A stretch of DNA of 64,000 bases, taken from NCBI GenBank assembly GCA_963845535.1, contig CAWJSK010000019.1, positions 320,001 to 384,000 of the forward strand, in the 5' to 3' direction. The stretch is from an uncultured Spirochaetota bacterium (GTDB lineage: Bacteria > Spirochaetota > Spirochaetia > SZUA-6 > Fen-1364). This document shows positions 17,764 to 33,346 of this stretch, piece by piece (the stretch's first letter is position 1; each line of letters begins with the position of its first letter). Below the pieces are notes generated by a model that searched no databases, had not been told where the DNA came from, and saw only the letters and a list, made by a program, of their open reading frames with translations. Made by a program: the position numbers and the translations under genes.

Positions 17764-18317
17764 ATGGCGAAGGCGTGGTTTGTCATCCATACGTATTCCG
17801 GTTATGAGAACAAGGTGCAGAAGCACGTCCGCATGCTCGTGGACAAAGGCACGCTCAAGGACCATGTCTTCGACGTAAAGGTCCCCTCGGAAGAGGTGGT
17901 TGAGATCAAGGACGGCCGCAAAAAGGTGTCCACCAAGAAGTTCCTTCCCGGCTACATCATGGTGGAAATGGACCTGCCGGATATCGGATGGAAAGAGGTC
18001 TGCCAGGAGATCCGCAAGATCCCGGCGTCACCGGGTTCGTGGGGTCAAACCGCAACCAGAAGCCCCAGCCCATCTCCCAGGAGGAAGCCCGCGGCATCCT
18101 CCAGAAAGCAGGCGAGATCAAGGCAGACCGTGTCTTGAAGCCCCGCCAGAGCTTCTCGGTGGGGGAGATGGTGCGGATCGTGGAAGGTCCCTTTGAGTCC
18201 TTCACGGGGAACATCGAAGAGGTCAACACTGAGAAAGGCAAGCTGCGGGTCATGGTGGGGATATTCGGCCGTTCGACGCCTGTCGAGGTGGACTATCTCC
18301 AGGTGGAGAAGATCTGA
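17764..18317 (+). CDS. nusG: Transcription factor NusG, with an apparent 1-nt deletion near 18021
   Basis: MAKAWFVIHTYSGYENKV...FLPGY in one frame and GVTGFVG...GPFESFTG...IFGRSTPVEV in another. Adding one C to ATCCCGGC restores I-P-G-V-T-G-F. Confidence 0.93.
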
Positions 18318-18360
18318 GCACATTCAAGAACCCTCGTGAGCCGCGCGGACGCGCGGAGCA

Positions 18361-18480
18361 GTTGGGAGCCTCGGGGAGCGGCGTTTCCGTTGGAAGCGCG
18401 CGTTCAAGCACGGCCCTGGCACGGAATACCGTGCTCGCACAGAGTACTGTGATAGGGCCGCGGAGAGGCGTTAATACCAC
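18361..18480 (+). promoter_or_regulatory. Putative L1-binding rplK leader with large apical insertion
   Basis: GGGAGCCTC (18364-72) and GAGGCGTTAATACCAC (18465-80) flank a 92-nt structured insert just before the rplK RBS. Confidence 0.6.
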
Positions 18481-18495
18481 GGAGGAGAAATAGCC

Positions 18496-18927
18496 ATGGC
18501 AAAGAAGACAGTCAAGGCAATCGTCAAGCTGCAGGTGCCTGCCGGAAAGGCCACGCCGGCTCCGCCGGTCGGACCGGCTCTCGGTCCCCACGGCGTTCAG
18601 GCTGCGCAGTTCTGCCAGCAGTTCAATGACAGGACCAAGAAGCAGGAAGTGGGAGTTCTCATCCCGGTCGTCATCACGATCTACACGGACAAGAGCTTCA
18701 CCTTCATCACGAAGACGCCGCCGGCGGCGGTCCTCATCAAGAAAGCGCTTGGCCTGGAAAAGGGAAGCGGTGAGCCGAACAAGACCAAGGTCGGGGCGCT
18801 GACGAAGGACAAGCTGCGCGCAATCGCGGAGCAGAAGATGCCGGACCTCACGGCAAAGGACATCGAAGCGGCCATGAAGATCATTGCCGGTACGGCCCGC
18901 AGCATGGGCGTCACGGTGGAGGGCTGA
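18496..18927 (+). CDS. rplK: 50S ribosomal protein L11
   Basis: [26 protein letters not shown]. Confidence 0.99.
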   Translation: MAKKTVKAIVKLQVPAGKATPAPPVGPALGPHGVQAAQFCQQFNDRTKKQEVGVLIPVVITIYTDKSFTFITKTPPAAVLIKKALGLEKGSGEPNKTKVGALTKDKLRAIAEQKMPDLTAKDIEAAMKIIAGTARSMGVTVEG

Positions 18928-18932
18928 AGGCA

Positions 18933-19625
18933 ATGGCGAAGCATGGAAAGAAATATCGCGCCTCTGTGGAGAAGCTGAACAAGGCGGAGACCTTCTCCCT
19001 GGAGAAGGCGGTCGAGCTGGTGAAAGAGCTTGCGTACGCGAAGTTCGATGAGACGGTGGAAGTCTCCATGAAGCTCAACATCAAGAGCAAGCATACCATC
19101 AGGGACGTCATGGCTTTCCCGAACATGTTCGGGAAAGAGAAGAAGATCCTCGTGTTCGCCAAGGGCGACAAAGCGGAAGAGGCCAAGAAGGCCGGGGCCG
19201 CGTTTGTAGGAGACGCAGACCTGATCGAGAAGATCAAGGGGGGCTGGCTGGATTTCGACATCGCGGTTGCCACCCCCGACATGATGAAGGACGTGGGCAA
19301 GCTGGGGCAGATCCTCGGCCGGCGCGGGCTCATGCCCAACCCCAAGACCCAGACGGTCACGTTCAACGTCAAAGAGGCCCTGGAGGAGCTCAAGAAGGGC
19401 CGCGTCGAATACCGCGCCGACAAGGGCGGAGTGGTGCACCTCGCGGTGGCCAAGCTTTCCATGGAGAAAGAGCAGATAGCGGCGAACGCCATGGCGTTCA
19501 TCCAGGAGGTCGTGCGCAAGAGGCCTTCGGACCTGAAGGGGGACTACGTTCAGTCCATCGTGCTTTCCTCGACGATGGGTCCCGGCATAAGGATGTCTCC
19601 CAAAGACAAGGCGTTCGTGGCGTAA
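18933..19625 (+). CDS. rplA: 50S ribosomal protein L1
   Basis: KFDETVE, GLMPNPK, SSTMGPG. Confidence 0.99.
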   Translation: MAKHGKKYRASVEKLNKAETFSLEKAVELVKELAYAKFDETVEVSMKLNIKSKHTIRDVMAFPNMFGKEKKILVFAKGDKAEEAKKAGAAFVGDADLIEKIKGGWLDFDIAVATPDMMKDVGKLGQILGRRGLMPNPKTQTVTFNVKEALEELKKGRVEYRADKGGVVHLAVAKLSMEKEQIAANAMAFIQEVVRKRPSDLKGDYVQSIVLSSTMGPGIRMSPKDKAFVA

Positions 19626-19640
19626 GGAGAGGAAGAAACA

Positions 19641-20186
19641 ATGGCTACCACGGTCAAGAAGATACAGCAGTACAAGACGGAGGCGGTGACGAAGCTGAAG
19701 GCGGACTTCGCCAAGACACCGGACCTGATCCTCTCTGATTTCCGCGGGCTCACTTTTCCCCAGATGATCGATCTGCGCGCCAAGCTGGGCGAACAGGGGA
19801 CTTTGTACAAGGTGGTGCGCAACGCCTTTGCGCGCATTGCAATGAAGGAGGCCGGCCTGCCGGACGTCTCCGCAATGCTCGAAGGTCCCACGGCGCTCGC
19901 GTTCCTCGGCAAGGACCCCAGCCCTGCCGCGAAGATCCTGGTGGATTTCACCAAGAGCGCCCCCCTGACCATCAAGGGCGGGGTGGTGAGCGGGAAGGTT
20001 TTCAGCGCCAAGGAGATCGAGGCCCTTTCCCGGCTGCCGGGAAGGCTCCAGCTCCTGGCCATCCTGCTGGGCACGATGAACGCGCCCGTCAGGAACATGA
20101 TGTACGTGATGAACGGCGTGTCCTCCAAGCTCGTGAGGACGCTTGCGGCCGTTGCGGACAAGAAGAAAACAGAAGACGCCGCGTGA
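19641..20186 (+). CDS. rplJ: 50S ribosomal protein L10
   Basis: DFRGLT, KVVRN, GPTALAF; synteny. Confidence 0.97.
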   Translation: MATTVKKIQQYKTEAVTKLKADFAKTPDLILSDFRGLTFPQMIDLRAKLGEQGTLYKVVRNAFARIAMKEAGLPDVSAMLEGPTALAFLGKDPSPAAKILVDFTKSAPLTIKGGVVSGKVFSAKEIEALSRLPGRLQLLAILLGTMNAPVRNMMYVMNGVSSKLVRTLAAVADKKKTEDAA

Positions 20187-20313
20187 TCGGCGACCGGGGG
20201 GAGGGGGCCTCACGGCGCCCTCGCCATCCATAGTCTGGGGGATCGAAATAGCCCCGCCAGTCTTCGAGACATGAGCCAGCTGGCGGGGAGAAAAACAAGG
20301 AAGGAGAAGATAA

Positions 20314-20700
20314 ATGGCGACACTCACAAAAGATCAGATTCTGGACGCGATTGCGGGGATGACGGTCCTCGAGGTCTCGGATCTCGTCAAGGCAATGGAA
20401 GAGAAGTTCGGCGTCACCGCCGCGGCACCGGTGGCCGCTGCGGCGGCAGGGCCGGCTGCGGGCGGGGCCGCGGCGGCTGAGGAAAAGACGGAGTTCACCG
20501 TCGTGCTGAAGAGCTTCGATGACGCGAAGAAGATTCCCGTGATCAAGGAAGTGCGCGCAATCACGGGGCTGGGCCTCAAGGAGGCGAAGGATCTTGTGGA
20601 AGCCGGCAACAAGACGCTCAAGGAGAACATCTCCAAGGACGACGCCGCGAAGATCAAGCAGCAGTTGGAAGCGGCTGGCGCGGTCGTTGAGATCCAGTAA
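20314..20700 (+). CDS. rplL: 50S ribosomal protein L7/L12
   Basis: [30 protein letters not shown]. Confidence 0.99.
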   Translation: MATLTKDQILDAIAGMTVLEVSDLVKAMEEKFGVTAAAPVAAAAAGPAAGGAAAAEEKTEFTVVLKSFDDAKKIPVIKEVRAITGLGLKEAKDLVEAGNKTLKENISKDDAAKIKQQLEAAGAVVEIQ

Positions 20701-20787
20701 GAGCGCCTTGACGCGCAAGCCCGCGGAGCTCCGCGGGAGCGGCCCTGGCCGGGCCGCGCGTATACCTTTGCATCTACTCATCGACGA

Positions 20788-20815
20788 ACCACCGGCGGGG
20801 AAAACCGCCGGTGGT
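20788..20815 (+). terminator. 11-bp hairpin between rplL and rpoB (possible attenuator or pause site)
   Basis: ACCACCGGCGG-GGAAAA-CCGCCGGTGGT; only a weak T-tract follows. Confidence 0.4.
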
Positions 20816-20919
20816 CAGTCATTTCTGCGTAGGACGTGTCGAAAAATGGCACTCCTGATACGGGAGAGTTATGTCTACCGGAGACCGCGCGTCGCGCGGT
20901 GATTGTTAGGGGGGATCGA

Positions 20920-23900
20920 ATGATTCTGGACAAGTCCAAGAAGGTCAAGCGTACTCTTTTTGGCAGGGGCTACGAAGATGTCATGGAGATACCGAATCTC
21001 GTCGACATCCAGCTCTCATCGTATGAGAGATTCCTCCAGCGCAAGACCCTTCAGAAGGGGGAGCCCCCTGCGAAGCAGGGTCTGGAGGAAGTGTTCCTGT
21101 CCACGTTCCCGATCGAGAGTCCCAACGGCGACATGCTCCTCGAGTACTGCGGGTACACTCTGGACGAGCAGAACATCAAGTTCGGCGAGCAGGAGTGCAA
21201 ACAGAAAGGGCTCACGTACGCCATCCCGCTGAAGGCCAAGATCAACCTGATCTTCCTCAACACGGGGGAGATCCGGCAGAAAGAGATCTACATGGGGGAC
21301 ATCCCCATCATGACGGACAAGGGAACGTTCGTGGTGAACGGCGCCGAGCGCGTTGTCGTCAGCCAGATCCACCGGTCCCCCGGCGTCATCTTCTCCCATG
21401 AGAAGGGCGTGTTTTCTTCGCGGATCATCCCTTATCGCGGATCATGGCTCGAGTTCGAGATCGACCAGAAAAAAGAGCTGATCTACGCGAAGATCGACCG
21501 CAAGAAAAGGATCCTCGCCACAATCTTCCTGCGCGCCCTGGGCTATGAGACGCGCGAGTCGATCATTGAGCTGTTCTACAAGGTGGAGAAGACGAAAGTC
21601 GCGGACACCCGTGAGGACAAGGAGCGCCTTGTCGGGCGGAACTTCGCCCGCAGCGTCACCGTGAAGGAAGGGGAAGGCCAGAAGGCCCTCTACCGCGCCG
21701 GGGACAAGATCCACCCTCATGACGTGGAAGAGCTGGTCCATGCCGGGGTGAAGGAGATTTTCCTCATCGATTTCGAGAACGAGAAGTCCCTCCATTCCCC
21801 CATCATCCTCAACTGTTTCGAGCGTGAGGAGATGAAGTTCACCAAGGAGTCCGCTGACCAGGACGAGATTGCCAAGGATGACGCCATCCTGCGCGTGTAC
21901 TCCATCATCAAGCCGGGAGAGCCCATCACCATAGAGAACGCGGAGAAGGACCTGCATTCGATGTTCTTCTCCAGCCGCCGCTACGACCTGGGGCGCGTGG
22001 GCCGCTACAAGCTCAACAAGAAGTTCGACTACAGCGAGCAGGTGAAGACCCATACCCTGATCAAGGAGGACATCATCAATACGATGACCTGGCTCATCAG
22101 GGTCTACATCGGGGAGAACAACGTCGACGACATTGACCACCTGGGCAACCGCCGCGTGCGCTCGGTGGGGGAGCTCCTCACCAACCAGCTGAAGGTGGCC
22201 TTCACGCGCATGGAGAGGATTGCCAAGGAAAGGATGTCCCTCAAGGAAGCGGACACCATCAAGCCGCAGGACCTCATCTCCATCAAACCCATCGTCGCGA
22301 CCATCAAGGAGTTCTTCGGCTCGAGCCAGCTCTCCCAGTTCATGGACCAGGTCAACCCGCTTGCCGAGCTGACCCACAAACGACGCCTCAACGCTCTGGG
22401 TCCCGGCGGTCTTTCCCGTGACCGGGCGGGATTCGAGGTCAGGGACGTTCACTACACCCATTACGGCCGCATGTGCCCCATTGAGACCCCCGAAGGCCCG
22501 AACATCGGCCTCATTGTGTCGCTGGCCAACTATACCCGCGTGAACGAGTACGGGTTTCTGGAGACGCCGTATCGGAAGGTGAAGAACGGCAAGGTCAGCA
22601 ACGACATCGAATACCTTTCCGCTATGGATGAGGAGCGCTACTACATTGCACAGGCAAACGCGGTCCTCTCACCCAAGGGGGAGTTCCTGGAGAAGCAGGT
22701 CTCCGTGCGAAAAGGCGGGGACTATATTTCGAGGCCGCCGGAGGACATCCAGTACATGGACGTGTCCCCGAAGCAGATCATTTCGGTCTCTGCATCCTTG
22801 ATTCCCTTCCTGGAGCATGATGATGCCAACAGGGCCCTCATGGGCTCCAACATGCAGCGCCAGGCCGTTCCCCTCATTGCCCCCGAGCCCCCGCGCGTCG
22901 GCACGGGTATGGAGGCCAAGACGGCGTACGACTCGGGCGTGTGCGTGATTGCCCGCAGGGCGGGGGTCGTCAGCAACGTGACGAGCCTCGAGATCCGGAT
23001 CAAGCCGGATGAGGCCAAGCGGGATGAGGACGTGTACGGGCTTCTCAAGTACCAGCGCACGAACCAGGACACCTGCTACACGCAGAAGCCCATCGTCCAG
23101 CTGGGCAAGCACATAGCGGCGGGAGAGGTCATTGCGGACGGCCCGGCCACCTACCAGGGTGAGCTCGCGCTCGGCATAAACCTCCTGTGCGCGTTCATGC
23201 CATGGAACGGGTACAACTACGAGGATGCCATCCTTGTTTCCGAAAAGGTCGTGCAGGCGGACGCCTTCAGCTCCATCCATATCAAAGAGTTTTCCATGGA
23301 GGTGCGCGAAACGAAGCTGGGGCCGGAGAAGATCACACGCGACATCCCCAACACGAACGAGCACGCCTTCGAGCAGCTTGATGAGGAGGGGATCATCCGC
23401 GTGGGCGCCTCCGTGAAGGCCGGCTCCATTCTCGTGGGCAAGGTCACGCCGAAGTCCGAGACGGATTCCACCCCTGAGTTCAAACTGCTCAACTCGATCT
23501 TCGGAGAGAAGGCCAAGGAAGTGCGGGACACCTCGCTGCGCGTTCCCCACGGCGTGGAGGGCACGGTCATCGACGTGCAACGCCTGAAACGGGCGAACGG
23601 GGACGAGCTGGACCCAGGCGTGGAAGAGGTGGTCAAGGTCCTGATTGCCGCCAAGCGCAAGCTCCAGGAGGGAGACAAGCTCGCGGGGCGCCACGGGAAC
23701 AAGGGCGTCGTTGCCCGCGTTCTCCCCGTGGAGGAAATGCCGTACATGGAAGATGGAACGCCAATCGACATCGTGCTGAATCCTCTGGGCGTCCCTTCCC
23801 GTATGAACCTGGGGCAGATCATGGAGACGGAGCTCGGCTGGGCCGCTTCGGAGCTCGACGAATGGTACTCGACCCCCGTGTTCCAGTCCGCCTCCAATGA

Positions 23901-24417
23901 GATGATCGAAAGCAAGCTCAAGGAAGCGAACCTTCCCACTTCGTCCAAGGTGACGCTTCTGGACGGGCAGAGCGGAGAGCCATTCGAGAACCAGATCACC
24001 TGCGGCACCATCTACATGCTGAAGCTCCACCATCTCGTGGATGACAAGATGCACGCACGGTCCACGGGCCCCTACTCGCTGGTCACGCAGCAGCCGCTCG
24101 GCGGAAAGGCCCAGTTCGGCGGCCAGAGGCTGGGAGAGATGGAGGTGTGGGCGCTGGAAGCCTACGGCGCGTCCAACACCCTGCAGGAGCTTCTCACCAT
24201 CAAGAGCGACGACATGATGGGGAGGGCCAAGATCTACGAAAGCATCGTCAAGGGAGAGGTTTCCACGAGCCCTGACATCCCGGAGAGCTTCAACGTGCTC
24301 GTTCAGGAAATGCGCGGACTCGCGCTTGACGTGAGCATTTTCGACGCGAAGAACAAGCAGATCGCTCTGACGGAGCGGGACGAAGAGCTGATCGACAGGC
24401 AGATGTCAAGATTCTAA
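20920..24417 (+). CDS. rpoB: RNA polymerase beta subunit
   Basis: [42 protein letters not shown]; start placed after the GGGGG RBS. Confidence 0.99.
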   Translation: MILDKSKKVKRTLFGRGYEDVMEIPNLVDIQLSSYERFLQRKTLQKGEPPAKQGLEEVFLSTFPIESPNGDMLLEYCGYTLDEQNIKFGEQECKQKGLTYAIPLKAKINLIFLNTGEIRQKEIYMGDIPIMTDKGTFVVNGAERVVVSQIHRSPGVIFSHEKGVFSSRIIPYRGSWLEFEIDQKKELIYAKIDRKKRILATIFLRALGYETRESIIELFYKVEKTKVADTREDKERLVGRNFARSVTVKEGEGQKALYRAGDKIHPHDVEELVHAGVKEIFLIDFENEKSLHSPIILNCFEREEMKFTKESADQDEIAKDDAILRVYSIIKPGEPITIENAEKDLHSMFFSSRRYDLGRVGRYKLNKKFDYSEQVKTHTLIKEDIINTMTWLIRVYIGENNVDDIDHLGNRRVRSVGELLTNQLKVAFTRMERIAKERMSLKEADTIKPQDLISIKPIVATIKEFFGSSQLSQFMDQVNPLAELTHKRRLNALGPGGLSRDRAGFEVRDVHYTHYGRMCPIETPEGPNIGLIVSLANYTRVNEYGFLETPYRKVKNGKVSNDIEYLSAMDEERYYIAQANAVLSPKGEFLEKQVSVRKGGDYISRPPEDIQYMDVSPKQIISVSASLIPFLEHDDANRALMGSNMQRQAVPLIAPEPPRVGTGMEAKTAYDSGVCVIARRAGVVSNVTSLEIRIKPDEAKRDEDVYGLLKYQRTNQDTCYTQKPIVQLGKHIAAGEVIADGPATYQGELALGINLLCAFMPWNGYNYEDAILVSEKVVQADAFSSIHIKEFSMEVRETKLGPEKITRDIPNTNEHAFEQLDEEGIIRVGASVKAGSILVGKVTPKSETDSTPEFKLLNSIFGEKAKEVRDTSLRVPHGVEGTVIDVQRLKRANGDELDPGVEEVVKVLIAAKRKLQEGDKLAGRHGNKGVVARVLPVEEMPYMEDGTPIDIVLNPLGVPSRMNLGQIMETELGWAASELDEWYSTPVFQSASNEMIESKLKEANLPTSSKVTLLDGQSGEPFENQITCGTIYMLKLHHLVDDKMHARSTGPYSLVTQQPLGGKAQFGGQRLGEMEVWALEAYGASNTLQELLTIKSDDMMGRAKIYESIVKGEVSTSPDIPESFNVLVQEMRGLALDVSIFDAKNKQIALTERDEELIDRQMSRF

Positions 24418-24497
24418 GCGTTTCGCTGAAAACGAAACGCGAACCCGCCTGGCGGAGCTCCTCAGGGGCACGCGGAGCGGGCATGGGAGGAACGAAG

Positions 24498-28751
<4,254 letters not shown>

Positions 28752-28801
28752 CACGCCGATGGCACAGCGCAGCTGTGCAGGAGTCGAGCGCCCTGGGGGA
28801 C

Positions 28802-28830
28802 TGGACACTGTCAGAAGCGGCAGGTATACT
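28802..28830 (+). promoter_or_regulatory. Putative sigma70 promoter, distal, upstream of rpsL
   Basis: TGGACA-N17-TATACT. Confidence 0.55.
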
Positions 28831-28963
28831 GGGTGGGTATTGGGAATCCAACCGGCCGCTGGGACCAGTGGTTAGGGGAACGCCGGACGAGATATCCGGC
28901 GTAGCAGGCTGGAAGAGTTGTGACACTTCGGTTCCAAGACCCCGGGAAACTGCGCGTGTGGGG

Positions 28964-28992
28964 TTGACTTTTTTTTTGTGCGCGAGTATCGT
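28964..28992 (+). promoter_or_regulatory. Putative sigma70 promoter, proximal, upstream of rpsL
   Basis: TTGACT-N17-TATCGT. Confidence 0.55.
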
Positions 28993-29074
28993 TTCTACCC
29001 GCGTTCGAGGGAAAAGAACGCCGAAAGCAGAGTGGTTTCACTAAAGATAAGAAGGAAAGGTAGCATCAGGGTTT

Positions 29075-29449
29075 ATGCCGACTATCAACCAGCTGGTGAG
29101 AATGGGCCGGAGGGCGGTCCAAAAAAAGACAAAAGCCCCCGCGCTTCAGAACTGCCCCCAGAAGAGGGGCGTTTGCACGCGTGTCATGACCGTTACCCCG
29201 AAGAAGCCCAACTCGGCCCTTCGGAAGGTTGCCCGCGTTCGTCTCACCAATGGGATTGACGTCACGGCGTACATCCCGGGCATCGGCCACAACCTCCAGG
29301 AGCACTCGGTTGTGCTCATCAGGGGTGGGAGGGTGAAAGACCTTCCCGGCGTGCGCTACCACATCGTTCGCGGCGCCAAGGATACCCTCGGGGTCGAGGA
29401 CAGGAAAAAGGCCCGCTCGAAGTACGGGACCAAGAGACCCAAGGCGTAA
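29075..29449 (+). CDS. rpsL: 30S ribosomal protein S12
   Basis: [24 protein letters not shown]. Confidence 0.99.
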   Translation: MPTINQLVRMGRRAVQKKTKAPALQNCPQKRGVCTRVMTVTPKKPNSALRKVARVRLTNGIDVTAYIPGIGHNLQEHSVVLIRGGRVKDLPGVRYHIVRGAKDTLGVEDRKKARSKYGTKRPKA

Positions 29450-29466
29450 GGGAAGAGGGAAGATCG

Positions 29467-29940
29467 ATGCCGAGAGGCCAGCTGATCAGAAAAAAGAGGA
29501 TCATCCTTGATCCCAAGTTCAAGAATCCCATTGTTGGGAAGTTCGTTGCGCGCATGATGGAGCAGGGCAAGAAGAGCATTTCTTATGGAAGCATTTATTC
29601 CGCCCTGGATATCATCCAGCAGAAGGTGAGCGGCAAGGAGCCCCTGGAGGTTTTTCAAAAGGCGCTTGAAAACGTGAAGCCCGTCGTGGAGGTCAAGTCC
29701 CGCCGGGTGGGAGGCGCCACTCTCCAGGTCCCCGTCGAGATACGGGAGGAGCGCCGTGACGCGCTCGCCATGCGCTGGATTATTGGGTTCTCGCGGGCCC
29801 GCCACGGGCGGTCCATGGCTGAGAAACTGGCAGCAGAGCTTATTGACGCTTTCAACAACACCGGGTCCGCGATAAAGAAGAAAGAAGACACCCACAAAAT
29901 GGCGGAGGCGAACAAGGCTTTTGCTCATTACCGCTGGTAA
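29467..29940 (+). CDS. rpsG: 30S ribosomal protein S7
   Basis: [23 protein letters not shown]. Confidence 0.99.
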   Translation: MPRGQLIRKKRIILDPKFKNPIVGKFVARMMEQGKKSISYGSIYSALDIIQQKVSGKEPLEVFQKALENVKPVVEVKSRRVGGATLQVPVEIREERRDALAMRWIIGFSRARHGRSMAEKLAAELIDAFNNTGSAIKKKEDTHKMAEANKAFAHYRW

Positions 29941-29959
29941 GCGGGATACGGGCGTCGTT

Positions 29960-32047
29960 ATGGAATCGCGGTTTCCCCTGTCGTCCATCCGCAATATCGG
30001 CATCATGGCCCATATTGACGCGGGAAAGACGACAACGACAGAGCGGATCCTGTACTACACGGGCAGGACGCACAAGATCGGTGAAGTCCATGATGGCGAA
30101 GCCAAAATGGACTGGATGGACCTAGAAAAGGAGCGCGGCATAACCATCACGGCCGCGGCAACCTTCTGTGAATGGCGCGGCGTGCAGGTCAACATCATCG
30201 ACACGCCGGGACACGTCGACTTTACAGTCGAGGTGGAACGTTCTTTGAGAGTTTTGGACGGAGCGATCGGGGTTTTTTCCGCCGTCGAGGGCGTGGAGCC
30301 CCAGAGTGAGACCGTCTGGAAACAGGCCAACAAGTACAACGTGCCGCGCGTGGCTTTCATCAACAAGATGGACCGCGTGGGGGCTCGCTTCGAAGAGGTG
30401 GTGCAGGAAATGCACTCGAAGCTCGGGGCCAACGCCGTGGCTCTCCATCTCCCCATCGGCAATGAGGCTGATTTCGTGGGCGTGGTGGACCTCGTGAAGA
30501 TGCGCGCAATGATCTGGGATGAGGATGTCCTTGGCGCAACTTTCCGGGACGTGGAGATTCCGGCCAACCTCGTCGACAAGGCGCATGCCGCCCGGACGGT
30601 GCTCTTGGAGAAGGTCGCTGAGACGGATGACGCAATCATGACGGCGTACATTGATGGCGCGGAAGTGCCTGAGGTTGAGCTGCGGACGGCAATCCGTGCG
30701 GCCACCATCCAGAGCAAGATTTTTCCCGTCGTGTGCGGAACGGCGTTCAAGAACAAGGGGATTCAGCCGCTCCTTGACGCGGTTGTGGATTACCTGCCCT
30801 CGCCGGCGGACGTAGAGCCGACAACGGGGACGGTGCCGAACACGGGGGACTACATCAAGCGTCCGCCGAAGGAAGATGAGCCTTTCGCGGCCCTCGCTTT
30901 CAAGATCATGACGGACCCTTTCGTTGGAAAGCTGACGTTTTTCCGGGTCTATTCGGGGCATCTGCCGTCGGGGTCGTACATCTACAACGCCACGGCGGAC
31001 AAGCGGGAGAGGGTCACCAGGATTCTGCGGATGCATGCCAACGAACGGGAGGAGATCAAGGAGGTCTTCCCGGGCGACATAGCGGCCGCGGTGGGCCTGA
31101 AAAAGACCACGACGGGAGACACCCTCTGTGATGAGGAGAACCCTGTCATTCTTGAATCCATGGTGTTCCCTGATCCGGTCGTTTCCGTCGCCATCGAGCC
31201 CAAGACGAGGGATGATGAGGAGAAGCTTTCCTCCGCGCTGCACAAGCTCTCGGAAGAGGATCCTACCTTCAAGGTCCATTTCGACAAGGAAACGGGCCAG
31301 ACGGTGATCCGTGGAATGGGGGAGCTGCACCTGGAGGTGCTCGTGGAGCGGATGTTCCGCGAGTTCAACGTGGCCGCCAACGTCGGCGCCCCCGAGGTGG
31401 CCTATCGGGAGACCATCCGGGAGTTCGCGGAGGCGGAAGGAAAGTTCATCAAGCAGACGGGCGGGCACGGCCAGTACGGGCACGTCGTGATGAGCTTCGA
31501 GCCTCTTCCTCCCGGGACCGGGTTCGTCTTCGAGAACAAGGTCATCGGAGGACGGGTGCCACGGGAGTACGTGCCGGCCGTGGAGAAGGGGATCAAGGAA
31601 GCCATGGAGAACGGCGTTCTGGCCGGGTATCCCATGGTGGATTTCAGGGCCGCGTTGCTGGATGGGAGCTACCATGACGTGGACTCCAGCGAAATGGCCT
31701 TCAAGGTCGCGGCATCGATGGCATACAAGTCGGGCTGTGCAAAAGCCAAACCGACTATCCTTGAACCGATCATGGACGTGGAGTGCGCAACCCCTGAGGA
31801 GTACCTCGGGGACGTGATCTCGGACCTGAATGCGCGCATGGGCCACGTCGAGGGGATTGAAGATCGGCCTGGGAGTAAGGTGGTGAAAGCCCTCGTACCC
31901 TTGCGGAGCATGTTCGGGTACGTGACTTCGCTTCGCTCCATGACGAAGGGGCGGGCATCACACACCATGCAATTCTCCCACTACCAGGAAACCCCTCGAT
32001 CGATTCAGGAAGAGCTCGTAGAAAAGGTTCGCGGACGCAGCAGGTGA
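29960..32047 (+). CDS. fusA: Elongation factor G
   Basis: [34 protein letters not shown]. Confidence 0.98.
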   Translation: MESRFPLSSIRNIGIMAHIDAGKTTTTERILYYTGRTHKIGEVHDGEAKMDWMDLEKERGITITAAATFCEWRGVQVNIIDTPGHVDFTVEVERSLRVLDGAIGVFSAVEGVEPQSETVWKQANKYNVPRVAFINKMDRVGARFEEVVQEMHSKLGANAVALHLPIGNEADFVGVVDLVKMRAMIWDEDVLGATFRDVEIPANLVDKAHAARTVLLEKVAETDDAIMTAYIDGAEVPEVELRTAIRAATIQSKIFPVVCGTAFKNKGIQPLLDAVVDYLPSPADVEPTTGTVPNTGDYIKRPPKEDEPFAALAFKIMTDPFVGKLTFFRVYSGHLPSGSYIYNATADKRERVTRILRMHANEREEIKEVFPGDIAAAVGLKKTTTGDTLCDEENPVILESMVFPDPVVSVAIEPKTRDDEEKLSSALHKLSEEDPTFKVHFDKETGQTVIRGMGELHLEVLVERMFREFNVAANVGAPEVAYRETIREFAEAEGKFIKQTGGHGQYGHVVMSFEPLPPGTGFVFENKVIGGRVPREYVPAVEKGIKEAMENGVLAGYPMVDFRAALLDGSYHDVDSSEMAFKVAASMAYKSGCAKAKPTILEPIMDVECATPEEYLGDVISDLNARMGHVEGIEDRPGSKVVKALVPLRSMFGYVTSLRSMTKGRASHTMQFSHYQETPRSIQEELVEKVRGRSR

Positions 32048-32135
32048 GCTGACGTCACTGATGTAATACGCGGAGGAGAAGCGCCCCTCTCATGGGTTGG
32101 TGAGGGGCCTCGAGGAAACTGCAAGGAGGAGTTGT

Positions 32136-33329
32136 ATGGCGAAGGAGAAATTTGTTCGGTCGAAGCCCCACATCAACGTCGGGACCATCGGTCACATTGA
32201 CCACGGAAAAACGACGCTTACCGCCGCAATAACCATGTACTGCGCGAAGAAGTACGGCGACAAGCTGATGAAGTATGAGGACATCGACAACGCTCCTGAG
32301 GAGAAGGCCCGGGGTATTACCATCAACACCCGGCACGTCGAGTACCAGTCCGACAAGCGCCACTACGCGCACATCGACTGCCCCGGACACGCGGACTACA
32401 TCAAGAACATGATCACCGGCGCGGCGCAGATGGACGGCGCGGTGCTCGTCGTCTCCGCCCCCGACTCCGTCATGCCCCAGACCCGCGAGCACATCCTCCT
32501 GGCCCGCCAGGTCGGTGTGCCTGCCATCGTTGTGTTCCTCAACAAGGTGGACATGGTTGATGACCCTGAGCTGATCGAGCTCGTCGAGGTCGAGATCAGG
32601 GACGTCCTGAAGTTCTACAACTTCCCTGGCGACAAGATCCCCATCGTCAAGGGCTCCGCCCTCAAGGCCATGGAGCATCCCGAGGTCGCAGAAAACACCA
32701 AGTGCATCGAAGAGCTTCTTACCACGATGGACGAATATTTCCCGCTGCCTCCGCGGCCCGTCGAAAAGCCTTTCCTGATGCCCATCGAGGACGTGTTCTC
32801 GATTTCCGGGCGCGGAACGGTCGTGACGGGAAGGGTGGCAACCGGGGTCATTCACGTGGGGGATGAGTGCGAGATCGTTGGAATCAAGGACACGCGGAAG
32901 ACCACCGTGACCGGCGTCGAGATGTTCAACAAGCTGCTCGATGAAGGGCAGGCGGGAGACAACATCGGAACGCTTCTGCGCGGCATTGAGAAGGATGACG
33001 TGGAGCGCGGCCAGGTTCTGGCCAAGCCCGGGACCATCACGCCGCACAAGAAGTTCAAATGCACCGTGGTTGCCCTTACCAAGGAAGAAGGCGGGCGTCA
33101 CTCCCCGTTCTTCACGGGGTACCGGCCGCAGTTCTATTTCCGCACCACGGACGTCACCGCATCCGTCACGCTGCCGGAAGGCAAGCAGATGGTGATGCCC
33201 GGTGACCACATCACCGACATGACTGTCGAGCTGATCTATCCCATCGCCATGGACAAAGGTCTGCAGTTCGCCATCCGTGAGGGCGGAAAGACCGTTGGCG
33301 CTGGACAGGTCACCGACATCATCGAGTAG
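32136..33329 (+). CDS. tuf: Elongation factor Tu
   Basis: [35 protein letters not shown]. Confidence 0.99.
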   Translation: MAKEKFVRSKPHINVGTIGHIDHGKTTLTAAITMYCAKKYGDKLMKYEDIDNAPEEKARGITINTRHVEYQSDKRHYAHIDCPGHADYIKNMITGAAQMDGAVLVVSAPDSVMPQTREHILLARQVGVPAIVVFLNKVDMVDDPELIELVEVEIRDVLKFYNFPGDKIPIVKGSALKAMEHPEVAENTKCIEELLTTMDEYFPLPPRPVEKPFLMPIEDVFSISGRGTVVTGRVATGVIHVGDECEIVGIKDTRKTTVTGVEMFNKLLDEGQAGDNIGTLLRGIEKDDVERGQVLAKPGTITPHKKFKCTVVALTKEEGGRHSPFFTGYRPQFYFRTTDVTASVTLPEGKQMVMPGDHITDMTVELIYPIAMDKGLQFAIREGGKTVGAGQVTDIIE

Positions 33330-33346
33330 GGGTCAGGAGCAGACAC

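Noticed and set aside
17764..18317. Programmed frameshift or pseudogene status for nusG (and for rpsE)
   Set aside because: Single missing base in short homopolymer contexts, no slippery heptamer, no other decay; sequencing error is more parsimonious
28775..29044. 89-aa and 76-aa ORFs in the rpoC-rpsL gap
   Set aside because: No recognisable motif or protein-like composition; they overlap two promoter-like elements
32048..32135. GCCCCTC/GAGGGGC stem and TGACGTCA palindrome between fusA and tuf
   Set aside because: Short stem within chance expectation for this GC content; no supporting motif
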